The position numbers and the translations under genes are program-made. A stretch of DNA of 64,000 nucleotides from Octopus bimaculoides (lineage: Eukaryota): assembly GCF_001194135.2 (NCBI RefSeq), contig NC_068997.1:30659189-30723188 (forward strand), written 5' to 3'. Positions 10,670 through 24,516 of this stretch are shown here, one piece after another. The notes under the pieces are model-generated. The model ran no database searches and was not told the origin of the DNA. It worked only from the letters and a program-made list of their open reading frames with translations. Every line of letters starts with the position of its first letter. Within the stretch, counting starts at the first letter, position 1.

Positions 10670-13600
10670 TATGTTTCAACCAAAGATTGGTCCAGGCCAT
10701 GTCTCACTAATAGCACCACCTGATAGGATTATCTAAATCCTTTTAAGTCAAGTTTTGTTTATGGTCCATTCAAGCAGTGAATTCTTGTTGAGTGAGTTGT
10801 GTCCAGGTATGGGTGGCTTATCTGGTATTCCTTGAAGAAATCTGTCCAGACTTCGTTTAAAGGTGATGGGATCCTTTTCCTCTTTGATCAGTTTTGGGAC
10901 AATATTAAACAGGGCAGGGCCTGTTGAGAAAAAGAAATTATGTCGCAGTGTACCTATATGTCGTGATCCTGAATTGAGCAGGGGACGTATGGCCCGTGGT
11001 CCCAGCCTTGGATGAACCTTGAAACTAATGTTCAGGTCGTTTGGGCAATGCTGGCGGTATATTCTCCACATCGTACAAATGATGTACCGCTCGCGGCGGC
11101 GCTGGAGAGAGTAGAGTTTCAGGGCTTTAAGGCCGTCCAAGTAATCGAGATCAGTCATGCCTTCAATTTGTTTAGTGAGTGCGCTCTGGGGTGATACAAT
11201 TTACGAGATGTTTTGCTTTGTATGGGGAGACCACAAGGGGAAGCAGTATTCGAGGTGTGGCCGTACAATGGAGGAGAAAAGTGGAATGATGACACCTTGT
11301 TCTCTGCCACGGAAGGTTCTTAAAATCCAGGAGCTCATCCTACAAGCTATATCGACCTCATTGTTGATGTGGGCACTCCAACTGAGATTGCTATCAACAA
11401 TTACCCCTAGGTCTCTGATATTATTAGATACTGTGAGTGGTTCCCCTGAAGGAAGAGAATATGGCTGTTTTAGTATAGACTTCTTCAAAAATGCATTAGC
11501 TCAAATTTTCCCTCGCTTAGTTGCATTTTGCTTTTGTCTGCCCATTGATTCACAACATATATATCAGACTGGAGTTGAATTCGGTCTTCTTCTACATTAA
11601 TGATTTGCTGGAGCTTAGTGTCATCAACAAATATTTTCACTTTGCAGTGATTTACGACGCTGGAAAAGTCGTTTATGTAAATTATAAAGTGGAGCAGGCC
11701 CAAGACAGTCCCCTAAGGGACACCACTGGTGACTTTTGCTGGACTTGAATGGACTCCGTCGATCACAACGTGTGTTCTATTCACCAGGAAATACTTAATC
11801 CAATGTAGAAGTTTTCCACGGATTCCAACACTTGCCAATTTTGAGAGTAAGATATTATGGTCAACCCTGTCGAACGCTTTACTGAAGTCAAGATATATGA
11901 CATCAGAGTTCAAACCTGTTCCCAAGGCTTTAAGTATATCTTCAATGTGGTGTAAGAGCTGTGTTAAAAAGTCCCTGCCACAGCGAAAGCTATGCTGATT
12001 TGCATTTAGGAGCTTGTGGATCTCCAGGGAGTCAGCTTATCCTTGATCTTACCACTCTTTCAAACACTTTAATAATGTGGGAGGTGAGTGAGATTAGGCG
12101 ATAGTTGACTGCGAGAGATCTGTTTCCCTGTTTGAAAACCGGGATGACAGACTGGGATAGGAGCTGTTTCGGTATATAACCTGGGTCTAAAGAATTCCTC
12201 CAGACGTTGGTCAGAGGGACTGCAAGTTGGTGTCTACATTCCTTCAGGAGACTAGCGGGTAATCTGTCAGGGCCTACAGCAGAATAGTATTTTTAATCTC
12301 ATTTATTTCTGCTATGATATCAGAGGCAGTGAAGGTTATGTCCGAGATTTTATGTTGGGAATCAACTTTGTTCGCTTTCCTTACGTCAATATCAGTGGGA
12401 TCACTAAAGACAGAGCAGTATTGTTTCTGCAGTATTTCTGCCATTTCTTTAGCATCGTGTTGGGAAATGCCGTTATCATCGATCAATGGCGCAATGGGTG
12501 AGCCAGTGGTTCTATGCTTTTTGCATAAGAATAGAACGATTTGGGGTTCTGTTTGATGTTTTTGATTACCCACTGTTCCTCCGCATCTCTTTGGTTTTCA
12601 ATGAAGATTTTCATGTCAGTCTGCAGATGAAGTTTTTCCAACTCCAGCCTTTTTATTGTTGTTGAAATGTGGTTGTATGTGGGCGTATTTTAATTGGTTG
12701 ATTTTTTTTATTGAGTCTTTTGATGCACCCGATGAGTGTTCTTTTCTTTCTAGGGAGCTGGTTTCTGTTTGTGTTAGTGGATTTCGTAGAAGCGTGTTTT
12801 GAGCATGTATATTGACAATGTTCTCAAAGTGCTGCCATGCATTCTCAATGTGAGTGGAACTGAAAGAGAAAGACCAGTCACTGAAGGACAAATCCTTTCT
12901 GATTGCTCCCCAGATTTGTGGAAGTTTATATTGTCAAATGAGTGCCATGGAGTGGGATTGGCTGGTTTGGTTTTGATATGCAGGGAACTAAAATTGCAGA
13001 GTATCATGTCGTGGTCTGAGAGGAGAGTCTTTTCAACTGAAATACTGTGAACGGAGCTAGAGTAGTTGGTTAATATTAGATCCAAGATCATTTTATTCTG
13101 TCTTGTTGGTTCGAGCACTAGCTGAGTCAGGAAGAATTTGTCCATTAGATTAAAGAGTAATTCTGCTGCTGCTTTATCTGATATAGAACATTTGCCTAAC
13201 TTCAGAGGATTTGTAGGCCAGTTTATATGAGGGAGGTTAAAATCACCCATCACTAGTATGTTTCCAGAGTTGTATTTTTGAAAGAAAGACTTGGTTTTGT
13301 TGAGGCACTCTTCAAAGCACTTTAGAGGTGCTTGGGGAGGCCTGTATAGACCGACGATGATTATGTCTTTGGCCTTGTTGAATAGTGATATAGATTCACA
13401 ATAGCCATTGGAAAATACGTCCTTGGCATCAGCTGAAAAGGAGTGATGGAGAAAGATGGCTGTCTCCCCTTTGTTTTTGTCTATGCGATCTGCATGGACG
13501 ATGGTCAAATCTTTTATTTTCACCACAGCATCCACATGTGTGCTGTTTAGGTGAGTTTCAGTACATGTAGCTCTGAGATGCGGGAATGCAGTTGGAGAGA
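10670..13600 (-). mobile_element. CR1-like LINE ORF2 (APE endonuclease + RT), frameshifted
   Basis: TETHLN, YRPP, MGDFNLPHINW, ILDLILTN; DVIYLDFSKAFDRVDH, SGVP, YINDF, FVDDTKL; LYSLQRRRERY. Confidence 0.92.
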
Positions 13601-13829
13601 GAAACAGAAAGGAACAAACGCAGTCGGAGAGAAAGACAGACAGGAATAAAAGGCAGTCGGAGATAGGGACAGACAGATGCAGTCTGACAGAGACTAACAG
13701 GGGCAGAGAGAGAGATACTCGGAACGAGAGATGGACAACTGTAGCGAATTGGCAAGTGAATATAGTGGGATATTGCGGTTAACCAGGTTTTGCCGAAGTT
13801 GCAGAGGTAGAGTAAAGAACTTTGTTGCC

Positions 13830-14300
13830 GGTAAATGTTTTTTTTGTTTTTGTTTTAAAAGAAAACGTGCTCTGTGCTGTTAAATGTGTTTTAAAAAGAA
13901 AAGAAAGAGGAAAAGAATTTTGAGTTGTTAATTGGTTTTTAAAAGAAACGGAAAAGAAAGAGAAAAAAACTGTGCTGTTAAATGTTTGAAAAGAAACAAA
14001 AAGAACTGTGTTGTTAAATGTTTTAGAATAAAAGAAAAAGAAACGAACTGTGTTATAAATGTTTGAAAAAAAAAAGAGAAAAAACTGTGTTACTAAATGT
14101 TTGAAAATAAAAAAAAAGAGAACTGTGTCGTTAAATGTTTTAGAAGAAAACGAACTTTGTGATGTTAAATGTTTTAAAAGAAGAGGAAAAAAAGAAAAGA
14201 ACTTCGTATTGTTAAATTGCATTTTTTAAAGGAACGGAAAAAAAGAACTTTCGAAAGAACTGTCGTTGTTGTTGAATGTTTAAATGTATTTAAAAAAGTT
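13830..14300. repeat. A-rich tandem repeat, units of about 30-40 bp (aaagaaaaaaactgtgttgttaaatgttt)
   Basis: About ten copies of ctgtg...ttaaatgttt seen directly. Confidence 0.8.
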
Positions 14301-14399
14301 ACTTTGACTACGCAATGTTTTGTGTGTTTTTGTTGTTGTTGGCGGCTCAACTGGCTTCGTTTCGCTGCTTCACCGTCCGGAGCGGGTTTCTGATTTACT

Positions 14400-16690
14400 G
14401 AGCGTTGTCACTCGCGTGCTTCTCTGGGCCAGCAAACTGCGGATTGTTTGTGTGGGGATCCGTGGTGGCATCGGAAGTCCGTGTGTGGCGTAAAAACTGG
14501 TGTCAGAAGTGGGATATTCATTGCTGCAGTGAGTCTGTTATGCACTATGGCCTCGAAGAGAACACGTATGAGGGGCCAGACAAGGAAGGAAGAAATATCC
14601 CTGGCTACAGTTGTGCAAATGTTAAAAGAGCAGAAAACGCAGCTGGAAACGTTTATGGGAAGAATGGAGAAAGGGCAACAGTGGTTGTGGGAAAATCACC
14701 AAGAGTTTAAGGATGGAGAAGGGTCTGCTTTTAAGGGTGAGTGCTGGATATGTGGTAAAAAAAGGACACATGAGCTACAACTGCCCAACAAGAGCGAAGG
14801 AAAGAGTAATGGAAAATAAAGTGAGCTGGAGAAACTTTGTGCTACCGAGCCTAAGGTTGCTGAGCCTGAAGTAGTAGCTGTTGCCGTTCCATATCGTAAT
14901 GCTCCAACGTCTGGGCTCGCGTCTCCTGAGATTCAGGGTAGCTGCATAGTCTCCATTAGGAAGAAGCCACAGGCGTCGATTGCTTGTCAGCTGGACTTGC
15001 GTTCCATGAAGCTTTCGGTGCAGGAAAGACCAGTCCCTGTTTAGGTGGTAGAGTGGACCACGCCTGGTAGCGAGGTAAAAGCGCTACGGACGACAGTAAT
15101 ACCACCGAGATCGGAAAAACTGCTCCAGTATCGTGTGAGCGACCAGTTTGATGGCTACCTGGGGCTGGTAGAGCCCGACAAACGACGCAAGATGAAAGCT
15201 GGAGTGACAGTCGGAGAACCCTGGTGGAGGCAGGAGCTGATGAAGCGCTGGTTGTGACAGCCAGTTTCTCGAGAGTGGCACTGAAGAATTGTAAAGGACA
15301 AATTGTGGGACTGTGCCAGGCAGTGGAACAGTGACAGGGTCAGTTGCGTCACTGCAGGAGGGTAGTTGAAAGGGGTGGTGGTCTGCCTGTGCACTTACAG
15401 GATCAGTTCGCACGGAGTCGCCAGTGCTTAGATGGTGCTCAGGTGTTATAGTTAAGGCAGCTGCTAGTGAGGTGTGCTAATGTGTTCTCTGCAGGAGATC
15501 TTGACCTTGGTTGTAAGGACCTGGTGGAACACCATATCGACACGGGCGACCATCGCCTGATCAAGCGGCCAGCTCGGAGGATGGCCTCAGTTCAACGATG
15601 GACATTTGAGGAAGTGGTGGAGGAATATCAACAACAGGGAGTAGTGGCGAAGTCGAACAGTCCCTGGTCATCAGCAATTGTTTTAGTGTGGAAGAAAGAC
15701 GGTACAGTGAGATGCTGCGTGGATTATAGAGCGCTAAATGAAGTGACAGTGAAGGATTGGCCGATTCTTACTTGTGTAAAGGAGTTGAGGAGTTTCCTAG
15801 GACTGTGCACCTATTACAGGTGCTTTGTAAGAGGCTGTGCGACAGTGGCTGCATCGTTGCACAGGCTACTGGGGAAGAGCCAAACGCTTGAGTGGACTGT
15901 CATATTACAGGGCGCTTTTGACGGACTCAAAAAGGCGTTAGTGAGTTCTCCATATTACAGTAAAAAGCTTAACCCACCTACGCGAAACTATTGTGTAACC
16001 CGTAAGGAGCTTTTGGCGATGATGAAGAGCATTGACGTTTTTATCCGTACCTGTACGGTTTCCACTTTACCATCAGAACGGACCATGCAGCACTCAAGTG
16101 GCTGAGGACACTGTGGAACCCGGAGGGACAATTAGCACGCTGGCTAAGGAAACTAGACCAGCACAACTATGAGGTACAGCACTGTCCGGAACGGGTGCAT
16201 GGTAATGCTGATAGCTTGAGTCGTCGTCTTTGTAAACTGGACTGCAAGCATTGTACAGGAAGGGAAGAGCACAGTAAGAAGTGCAACTGTGCTACAATGA
16301 CTGGACGTGTGTCAACCGGAGAATTACAGAGGAGGCAGACGGGGGATACCGACTTAAGACCAGTGGCAGCGTGGCTACAGCAGAGAGCAGCGAGACTACT
16401 AGGGGAGGAACTGCCCAGGGAAACCTCCAGCTATGTGAAACATCTGCAAGAGAGGTTGACTGAGGTACACCAGCAAGTTAGAGAAGCTCTGAAGTTTTCG
16501 GGTGAAGTGATGAAGCGTCGACATGGCACCAGGGATAGTGAGATCAACTTTAAGGAGGGTGATGAAGTGTGGTTTCATAACCCCCAGCGGAAGAAAGAGC
16601 AGTCACCGAAGCCACAGAGTCCATGGGAAGGACCTTATACCTTGATGAATCGCCTGTTCGATGTGACGTACCGGATTCGAGGAGGCAGCA
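14400..16690 (+). mobile_element. Internally deleted Ty3/Gypsy retrotransposon (gag knuckle, RT, RNase H and integrase remnants)
   Basis: FKGECWICGK; HHIDTGDH, SNSPWSSAIVLV, CCVDYRALNEVT, ELRSFLGLCTYY, RNYCVTRKELLAM; HGNADSLSRR, SPWEGPY. Confidence 0.9.
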
Positions 16691-19600
16691 GCATTGGGTT
16701 CGTCAGTTTCCATTCAGTCTCCTTCGCTGATGTTTGTGCCGAAAGTGACTTTGGAGTCCAAGTCGGTGAAAGAGTCATGTGCAGAACTCGCACGGGATGA
16801 TCGGTGCGGGTCGAGGATGTTGAAGACGCTCCTTTCTTCTGTGTGTTGCCTCCTCATTTTCTTGTCTGTTCTGCTCGAAGGAGCTGGTTCCATTGCGGAT
16901 AACAGTCCTCCAGGCTGTCCTATCTATGGCAATATGTTCTTCCCATGAGGATGGCTGGATGTTAGCTTGAGCCAAGGTCCATTTGAGCTGGTCTTTAAAA
17001 CGGAATTTCGAACTTCCTCTGGGTCGTGTTCCGATTGGAAATTCTCCGTAGAGCATGATCCTTGAGAGACTAGAGGGCTCCATACGCTGGTAGTGTGGCG
17101 CGGTGAAGAGCCTCGTTGTCAGTAACGTAATCTTCCCATTGTATGTTGAGGATCTGTCGTAGCTTCGATTGCTGGAAGCATTCAAGGCGCTTAAAGTCAC
17201 GGCGGTACAAACGTCCAAGACTCACAAGTGTAGAGCAGAGTTGACAGGACAATGGCACGGAAAATAATGATCTTTGTCTGAATTGACAGCGCGTGATTGA
17301 AGAACACACGTTGGCTGAGTCTGCTGAAGGCTGAGTAGGCCACTCCAATCCGGTTGTCCACGTCCTTTTCACACGTGGGGATCCTTGAAGGGATACTTCC
17401 AATGTATGTGAAGTGTTCAATTTTTTCTAGGGGCTGGCCATTGATAGTAATGTTTGTAGCTGGACTGTTCTGACCTGGTGCAGGTTGGATCAGTGTCTTG
17501 GTCTTTAATGTGTTTATCTGCATCCCGAAGCAATCGTAAGCTGCGTTGTAAAGATTGACCGTCCTTTGTAGGCCATCTGAGATCCGGCTTGGAGCTGCAT
17601 TGTCGTCGGCATACTGCATTTCACGGACTGAGATGGTGAAGGTCCTCGTCTTTGCATGGAGACATGCACGGAGATTGAAGAGTCCGCCATCCATGTGATA
17701 GCGCATATTGATGGAAGGCGAGTCTAGTGGGATTTCGTTGAACATGGCGGCCATGTACACATGCCCTGACGCATTCTTGCTTAAGACCCCCAGTGATGGG
17801 AAACAGGTCTGTGATGGCATTTTGATGGCATACCCTACTCATCATGCTGTCATGGAGGGAGCAGACCAAGGCAATGAAGTACACTGGACATCCAAAGTGG
17901 GCAAGGACGACCTATATTGCAGGACGGGGTGCTTTGCCAAAGGCTTTTTATAGATCTCAGAAGATGAATATTGTAAGTTGTTGTTGTTGTTCCTGACACT
18001 TCTGGAATTGACGAGCACAAAAGATTATGTCGATTGTGCCTCGAGAAGGTCGAAAGCCACACTGAGGCTCAAGGAGAACGTCTTCCATGAGGATAAGGAG
18101 GCGATTGAGTAGGATACGGGCGAAGATCTTTCTTGCAATACTCAGGATGGAAATGCCCTAATAGTTGTTGCAATCCTCTCAGTCTCTCTTCTTGTAGATG
18201 GTGATGATTGTTGCATCGTGGAAGTTGTTTGGGGTGGGAACTTGCTTTCCCAGATCTTGAGGAAAAGGAGCATCAGATGATTTCTCATCTCAGGACCTCT
18301 GTGCGTGAGAAACTCAAACTGGATATTGCCTGCTCCTGGAGCTTTCCCCGGCAGGGACATCGAATGGCAGATGGGGAGCTGTGGGGTGTTCTGGAGGAGA
18401 TCATCAGGAGTGCGTGAGTAGTCGTTAAATAGGCAGTCGAAATGGGACTTCTAGCGATCAAGGATTCCCTGAGTGTCGGTTATCATAGAGCCAGTTGCAT
18501 TTTTCAGGTCACCCACTGATGACCTTGTGGGGCCGAAGATCTCCTTGGTTGCGGCATAAAAACTGCGCAAGTCTCGTTGGTCCACACAGTTTTGCATCTC
18601 CTCTGCCACCAGATGTTCTGAGCTTCTCGAATTCCTTGCTGGCATTCCGCTAATGTTTGCTGGTGGTTTCGTTTTTCCTCTGCTGTGGCATGGTTCTCGA
18701 GGGCAAAGCGCGTCCGGAGTTCGGCTTCGATAAGACGGGAGATGGTTTCATCATTCTTGTGAAACCAGTCTTGGTCTTTGTTCCGGGTAAAGCCAATCGT
18801 CACCTCGGCGGCAGCGGCCATGGCTCCACGAAGGCTTGTCCAGCGACCCTCAATGACGTTTGGCTCTGGGAGGTCCATCAGGTGTCTCTCAATGGATTCC
18901 CTGAAGTCTTGGGATACCTGTGAGTTCCGAAGCTTGGTGCAGTCGAAGCGATGTTTGCTGTGACCTGCTTTGGTTGGCAGCAGATCTTGAAGTCAAAGCA
19001 AGAAGTAAGAAGGCAGTGATCCATCCAGCAGCCATCTGCACCAGGCATGGAGTGGATGATACATACATCTCGTCTGTCCCTGGAACTTGTCAGAACGTAG
19101 TCGAGGATGTGCCAGTGTTTAGACCGTAGGTGTTTCTAGATTGTTTTTTTCCGGGAAGGGAGATAAAATAGGGTGTTGGTGATGACGAGTTCGTGCTCGG
19201 TGCAAAGGCCCAAGAATAGCTGGCCATTGACATTGTATTTCCCAATGCCGTGATGGCCAAGAATGCCATTCTACAGTCAATGGTCACTGCCGACTCTGTT
19301 ATTAAAGTCCCCCAACACGATGAGTTTGTCATGCGCAGGGATTGTCTGGATGGTGCGGTCCAGCAGGTTTTAGAACGAAGCCATGATATTATCTTCAGGT
19401 GTGAGGCATACAAAGAGGTCAGCGTAAGGAATCTGTCCGGAATGAGTGGGATCCAATCAGTATTCAGGCGCTCACTGACGGCAGTTGGGACGGGTCTATG
19501 TTGGTCCACGAGTTGCATTTTGATGGCAGGGCCAACACCATGGATGCGTGGCTCATTATGATTCTTCCCCTTCCAAAAGATGGTGCATTTGGAACCAGCT

Positions 19601-20465
19601 TCTCTGATGCTGCCCCCTTCTGCAAAGCCTAATCCCGTGCAAGGCTGCCACGTCAAAGTTGAAGCGGGCAAGTTCCTTGCAGACAAGGGCTGTACGTCGC
19701 TCTGGTTGTTTAATGTCACTCTTGTCCTGGAGAGAGCGTGTGTTTCAAGCCCCAAATGTAAGGGTTTATGAAACAGAAGATTTAGTAGAGTTCCGACTGC
19801 TAAGTGGGAGGTCCGCCAGCCACGGTATGCTTGCCATATCGAGTTGCCGTGTTCGGTGTTTATGCCACATTTTCTATGGGATTCTCCTTGAGGGGTGGGC
19901 TGCAGTAATTCTAAAGAGGCCAGCCCAGTCACGAATCTAGCTGCCGAACTCCAATGTCACGGCTATTCATTAGAGAGCGACCATTTGAGATTCACCGCTA
20001 ATGTGTACTCACAGACTAGAGACTTCCAGCTTTCCAGACCTGCCTCCAGTGCCCACGATACCACTGACATTGGGCTTTTCGAGACAGATTAGAAGGACGA
20101 AGCCATTCGCTGAGTAAATTGTATGTGTTGATCGCTGAGTAAATTGTAAATTGTACTTACTTGGCCGGAAGTTCTCTGCTGCTCAAGAATTGAGCGATCT
20201 ACCCGAATCTATTCGCCTTTGTCACACCTGCTCGCCAGGCGTTGCCGTCTTCCGCCGGAGTTAATCCTTGGAGGAAGGGCTTGAGATAGCCCTCCTCTAC
20301 TTGCTCCACTGTTGGAGTCTTAATGTTGGTGTTTGGTCGTGTTTTGTCTGGGGCCTCATCCTCGACCTTGCCGCCATGGGTGGCCCTACCAGGAGTCTAA
20401 GACTCCAGATGGTATCACTCTCAGAATCATTGGAACACACAAGCTCTTCCACCATGACAAGGGAC
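16690..20465 (-). mobile_element. Near full-length RTE (BovB-like) LINE, decayed
   Basis: EN: FWKGK...RIHGVG; RT: MQYADD, EHFTYIGS, VLSTLLYTCESWT; C-terminal MLYGEF...RFKDQLK; RTE-type 5'UTR at 20340-20465. Confidence 0.92.
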
Positions 20466-20514
20466 GACAATATATAAAGATATACTGTAAATCGGGGGAG
20501 GGTTTTTTAAAAAT

Positions 20515-20523
20515 CTATCAATC

Positions 20524-20563
<40 letters not shown>

Positions 20564-20579
20564 GTCTGTCTGTCTGTCA

Positions 20580-20617
<38 letters not shown>

Positions 20618-20636
20618 TTATCTATCTATCTATCTA
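20515..20636. repeat. (TCTA)n/(TCTG)n microsatellite
   Basis: Seen directly. Confidence 0.95.
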
Positions 20637-20639
20637 ACT

Positions 20640-21627
20640 CTACTGTCATATGCCAGACTTGTTTGGAGGCGTCTAAGTAGCGGTCTACTGCAACTGGCAG
20701 CAAAACGGGAGTATCCCTGTTTCTGTGAAGCGAGGAGCAGTGGCACTGCTAAAGAAAGAGCCAAACAAGAGGAACGTCGTAGATAACTTCAGGCCTATAA
20801 CTCTGCTCAATGCAGATTAGAAGATTTTGGCCAAGGTTTTAGCCATCGAGTAACTGGTTGACAAGGCGCAAACGTGTGCCGTGCCGGGCAGGAGTTTCCA
20901 TGACAACCTCCATCTGATATGCTACATCATAGACAGGGTAGTTAAAGAACCTGGCATGGGTGGGGCGCTGATCAATTTGGGTCAATCCAAAGCTTTCGAT
21001 AGGGTAGACCATCGATACTTGGAGGCTGTCCTGAAAGCGGCTGGTTTCGGTCCTATTTTCTGCGGCTGGATTGCTGCCTTATACAGCGGCATCCGTTCAG
21101 TAGTTTGCGTGAATGGGCATCTATCCAGACCATTTGACATTCCACGTTCAGTCTATCAGGGATCCCCCCTCTCATCGTTTCTCTACGTATTGACTCTTGA
21201 ACTACTACTGTGGAAGCTGGCAATTTTAAGGGGTATCCTGTGAGATTTGGGATGTGGAAGGAGCGTGTCTGCATAAGCGGATGACGTCACCATCATAGTG
21301 TCTAGCCACGGCCATACTGATCTGGTCGGTGATACACTAAAAGAATACAAAGCGGTAGCGAGATAAAAAATTAACCAGAAATGTCAGTGGGCTTCCGACT
21401 GGGAACCTGGAGAGCAAGCCCATGCCGTCCAACAGCGTCTCTGTCGTGGGACGCTGGACCGACGGACCAGTTAAATTGCTTGGAGTCTGGTTCGGTCCGG
21501 ACCTCCAAATTGAGAAGAACTGGAACGAGATAACAAGTCGGGTGGCCACTCTCACCCAGCAATGGGCCGAGAGGAAGCTATTCCTAAAAGGTGGAATGCG
21601 GTGGTGAACCTATACATCGCGTCCGTT
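20640..21627 (+). mobile_element. Tx1-clade LINE RT fragment, 5' truncated, runs into gap
   Basis: FRPITLLNA, LINLGQSKAFDRVDH, RSVYQGSPLS, VKLLGVWFG. Confidence 0.9.
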
Positions 21628-23405
21628 NNNNNNNNNNNNNNNNNNNNNNNNNNNNNNNNNNNNNNNNNNNNNNNNNNNNNNNNNNNNNNNNNNNNNNNNN
21701 NNNNNNNNNNNNNNNNNNNNNNNNNNNNNNNNNNNNNNNNNNNNNNNNNNNNNNNNNNNNNNNNNNNNNNNNNNNNNNNNNNNNNNNNNNNNNNNNNNNN
21801 NNNNNNNNNNNNNNNNNNNNNNNNNNNNNNNNNNNNNNNNNNNNNNNNNNNNNNNNNNNNNNNNNNNNNNNNNNNNNNNNNNNNNNNNNNNNNNNNNNNN
21901 NNNNNNNNNNNNNNNNNNNNNNNNNNNNNNNNNNNNNNNNNNNNNNNNNNNNNNNNNNNNNNNNNNNNNNNNNNNNNNNNNNNNNNNNNNNNNNNNNNNN
22001 NNNNNNNNNNNNNNNNNNNNNNNNNNNNNNNNNNNNNNNNNNNNNNNNNNNNNNNNNNNNNNNNNNNNNNNNNNNNNNNNNNNNNNNNNNNNNNNNNNNN
22101 NNNNNNNNNNNNNNNNNNNNNNNNNNNNNNNNNNNNNNNNNNNNNNNNNNNNNNNNNNNNNNNNNNNNNNNNNNNNNNNNNNNNNNNNNNNNNNNNNNNN
22201 NNNNNNNNNNNNNNNNNNNNNNNNNNNNNNNNNNNNNNNNNNNNNNNNNNNNNNNNNNNNNNNNNNNNNNNNNNNNNNNNNNNNNNNNNNNNNNNNNNNN
22301 NNNNNNNNNNNNNNNNNNNNNNNNNNNNNNNNNNNNNNNNNNNNNNNNNNNNNNNNNNNNNNNNNNNNNNNNNNNNNNNNNNNNNNNNNNNNNNNNNNNN
22401 NNNNNNNNNNNNNNNNNNNNNNNNNNNNNNNNNNNNNNNNNNNNNNNNNNNNNNNNNNNNNNNNNNNNNNNNNNNNNNNNNNNNNNNNNNNNNNNNNNNN
22501 NNNNNNNNNNNNNNNNNNNNNNNNNNNNNNNNNNNNNNNNNNNNNNNNNNNNNNNNNNNNNNNNNNNNNNNNNNNNNNNNNNNNNNNNACGAAATAAACA
22601 CGCGTGAAAGAAAATGAAAAAAAGCAAATGTTATACACATACAGTTCAGGCAGATGTTAACGAAATTATAAATGGAGATTAAATACGCTTTACACCGCTT
22701 AAACTGCCAAAGGAGTAAGTGTAAACAGCTGAATACTTGTCAGTGATTGGTTGAAATTATCGAAATAAGACAATTTTTTACATGAAATAACTCCGAATAC
22801 AAAAAATTTTTTCTGTTCTATAACACAAAATAGATAAGTATACGAAGTTTGAAAGTCTTTCGGCACCAAAAACACTACATAAAACATAAATGAAAACTGG
22901 TGCCCCCATTTTGAACTAGATCCCAAATGTAGCGATAAATAACAAGTTTGTAATATGCTGGTATATAAAGGAAAAGAGGATATATGAGGGTATATATATT
23001 GAGATGGTTCATTAATTAAATAACTAAGCACTATGGAGCATTGCAATTAGTATAGTCTATCGGAGAATATATTTTAAACATAATTTTAGCGATAAACAAC
23101 AACTTAATGAAACAACTTGTACGGCCATTTCTGATCTGTTGTCCCTTATCTGAATTTGTTCCGAATACCTTCCAATGTATAATTTTAACCCCGTATTACC
23201 CATACGGTTTAGTAAATATACGAATGTTTCCCCTAATTAGACAGATACATGTATTATTATATTATATAGGTGTTTTAAAAAAAAAACTTTTTAATAACTT
23301 ATCTTTCATATGCAGTCTATTAAAACCACATCCCCTTAGTAACATCACGTTATCACTAACCTATATATGTAGTAAAACCTCTCTCTCGGGTATTCATTTA
23401 CAAAT

Positions 23406-23961
23406 GGTAACGTGGCGGCTAATATCTATCCTTCGACCGCTTGGACCCTTGTGTCCGCCACCCTGATTGGCTCTTATTTTCCCGGCATTTGTCAACAGTT
23501 CCGTTTCGCGCCAGGGTGCATACCGTACAATCGTGGCCTTCTGTTAAGGTCACGTGAGAGAGAGTTTTTCTACTTTTTCCGGTGAGCCCTTTTTTATCTA
23601 TAAATAACCCTGTTGTACCCACGCCAGTTTGTCTCGGCTTTGGACGTCTCACAGGTCTAGTCGCAGACCACATACAGAACACAGCTCCAGCCAGTTTCCA
23701 GCGACGACGACAACACCACCGATCTACTGTCTACCACAATGTCGTCGCCAGCTACACCACCACCGGAGTACACCCAACAACAGCAAACGCGGTTTCATCT
23801 CAACACTGTTTGAGTGGATTGTTTCCACCATGACGTTCACAGCCAGAACAGCCATGCGAGAATATTCTGTACCAGGTAACCGGTCTTCAGCATCGACGCT
23901 CAACTTCACACACAACATATGACACCACAGCTCTGCTCTTCGGCCACGACTTCTTGTACAG
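23406..23961 (+). promoter_or_regulatory. LTR-like or promoter-like segment
   Basis: ATTGG 23466-23470, CACGTG 23551-23556, TATAAATA 23599-23606, Inr-like CAGTT 23625. GC-richer than flanks. Cut by a gap. Confidence 0.35.
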
Positions 23962-24464
23962 NNNNNNNNNNNNNNNNNNNNNNNNNNNNNNNNNNNNNNN
24001 NNNNNNNNNNNNNNNNNNNNNNNNNNNNNNNNNNNNNNNNNNNNNNNNNNNNNNNNNNNNNNNNNNNNNNNNNNNNNNNNNNNNNNNNNNNNNNNNNNNN
24101 NNNNNNNNNNNNNNNNNNNNNNNNNNNNNNNNNNNNNNNNNNNNNNNNNNNNNNNNNNNNNNNNNNNNNNNNNNNNNNNNNNNNNNNNNNNNNNNNNNNN
24201 NNNNNNNNNNNNNNNNNNNNNNNNNNNNNNNNNNNNNNNNNNNNNNNNNNNNNNNNNNNNNNNNNNNNNNNNNNNNNNNNNNNNNNNNNNNNNNNNNNNN
24301 NNNNNNNNNNNNNNNNNNNNNNNNNNNNNNNNNNNNNNNNNNNNNNNNNNNNNNNNNNNNNNNNNNNNNNNNNNNNNNNNNNNNNNNNNNNNNNNNNNNN
24401 NNNNNNNNNNNNNNNNNNNNNNNNNNNNNNNNNNNNNNNNNNNNNNNNNNNNNNNNNNNACACA

Positions 24465-24516
<52 letters not shown>

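Noticed and set aside
13779-14222. 147-aa Phe-rich ORF; similar ORFs at 5966-6229, 60520-60992 and 62611-62877
   Set aside because: Translations of low-complexity A/T repeats or antisense TE sequence.
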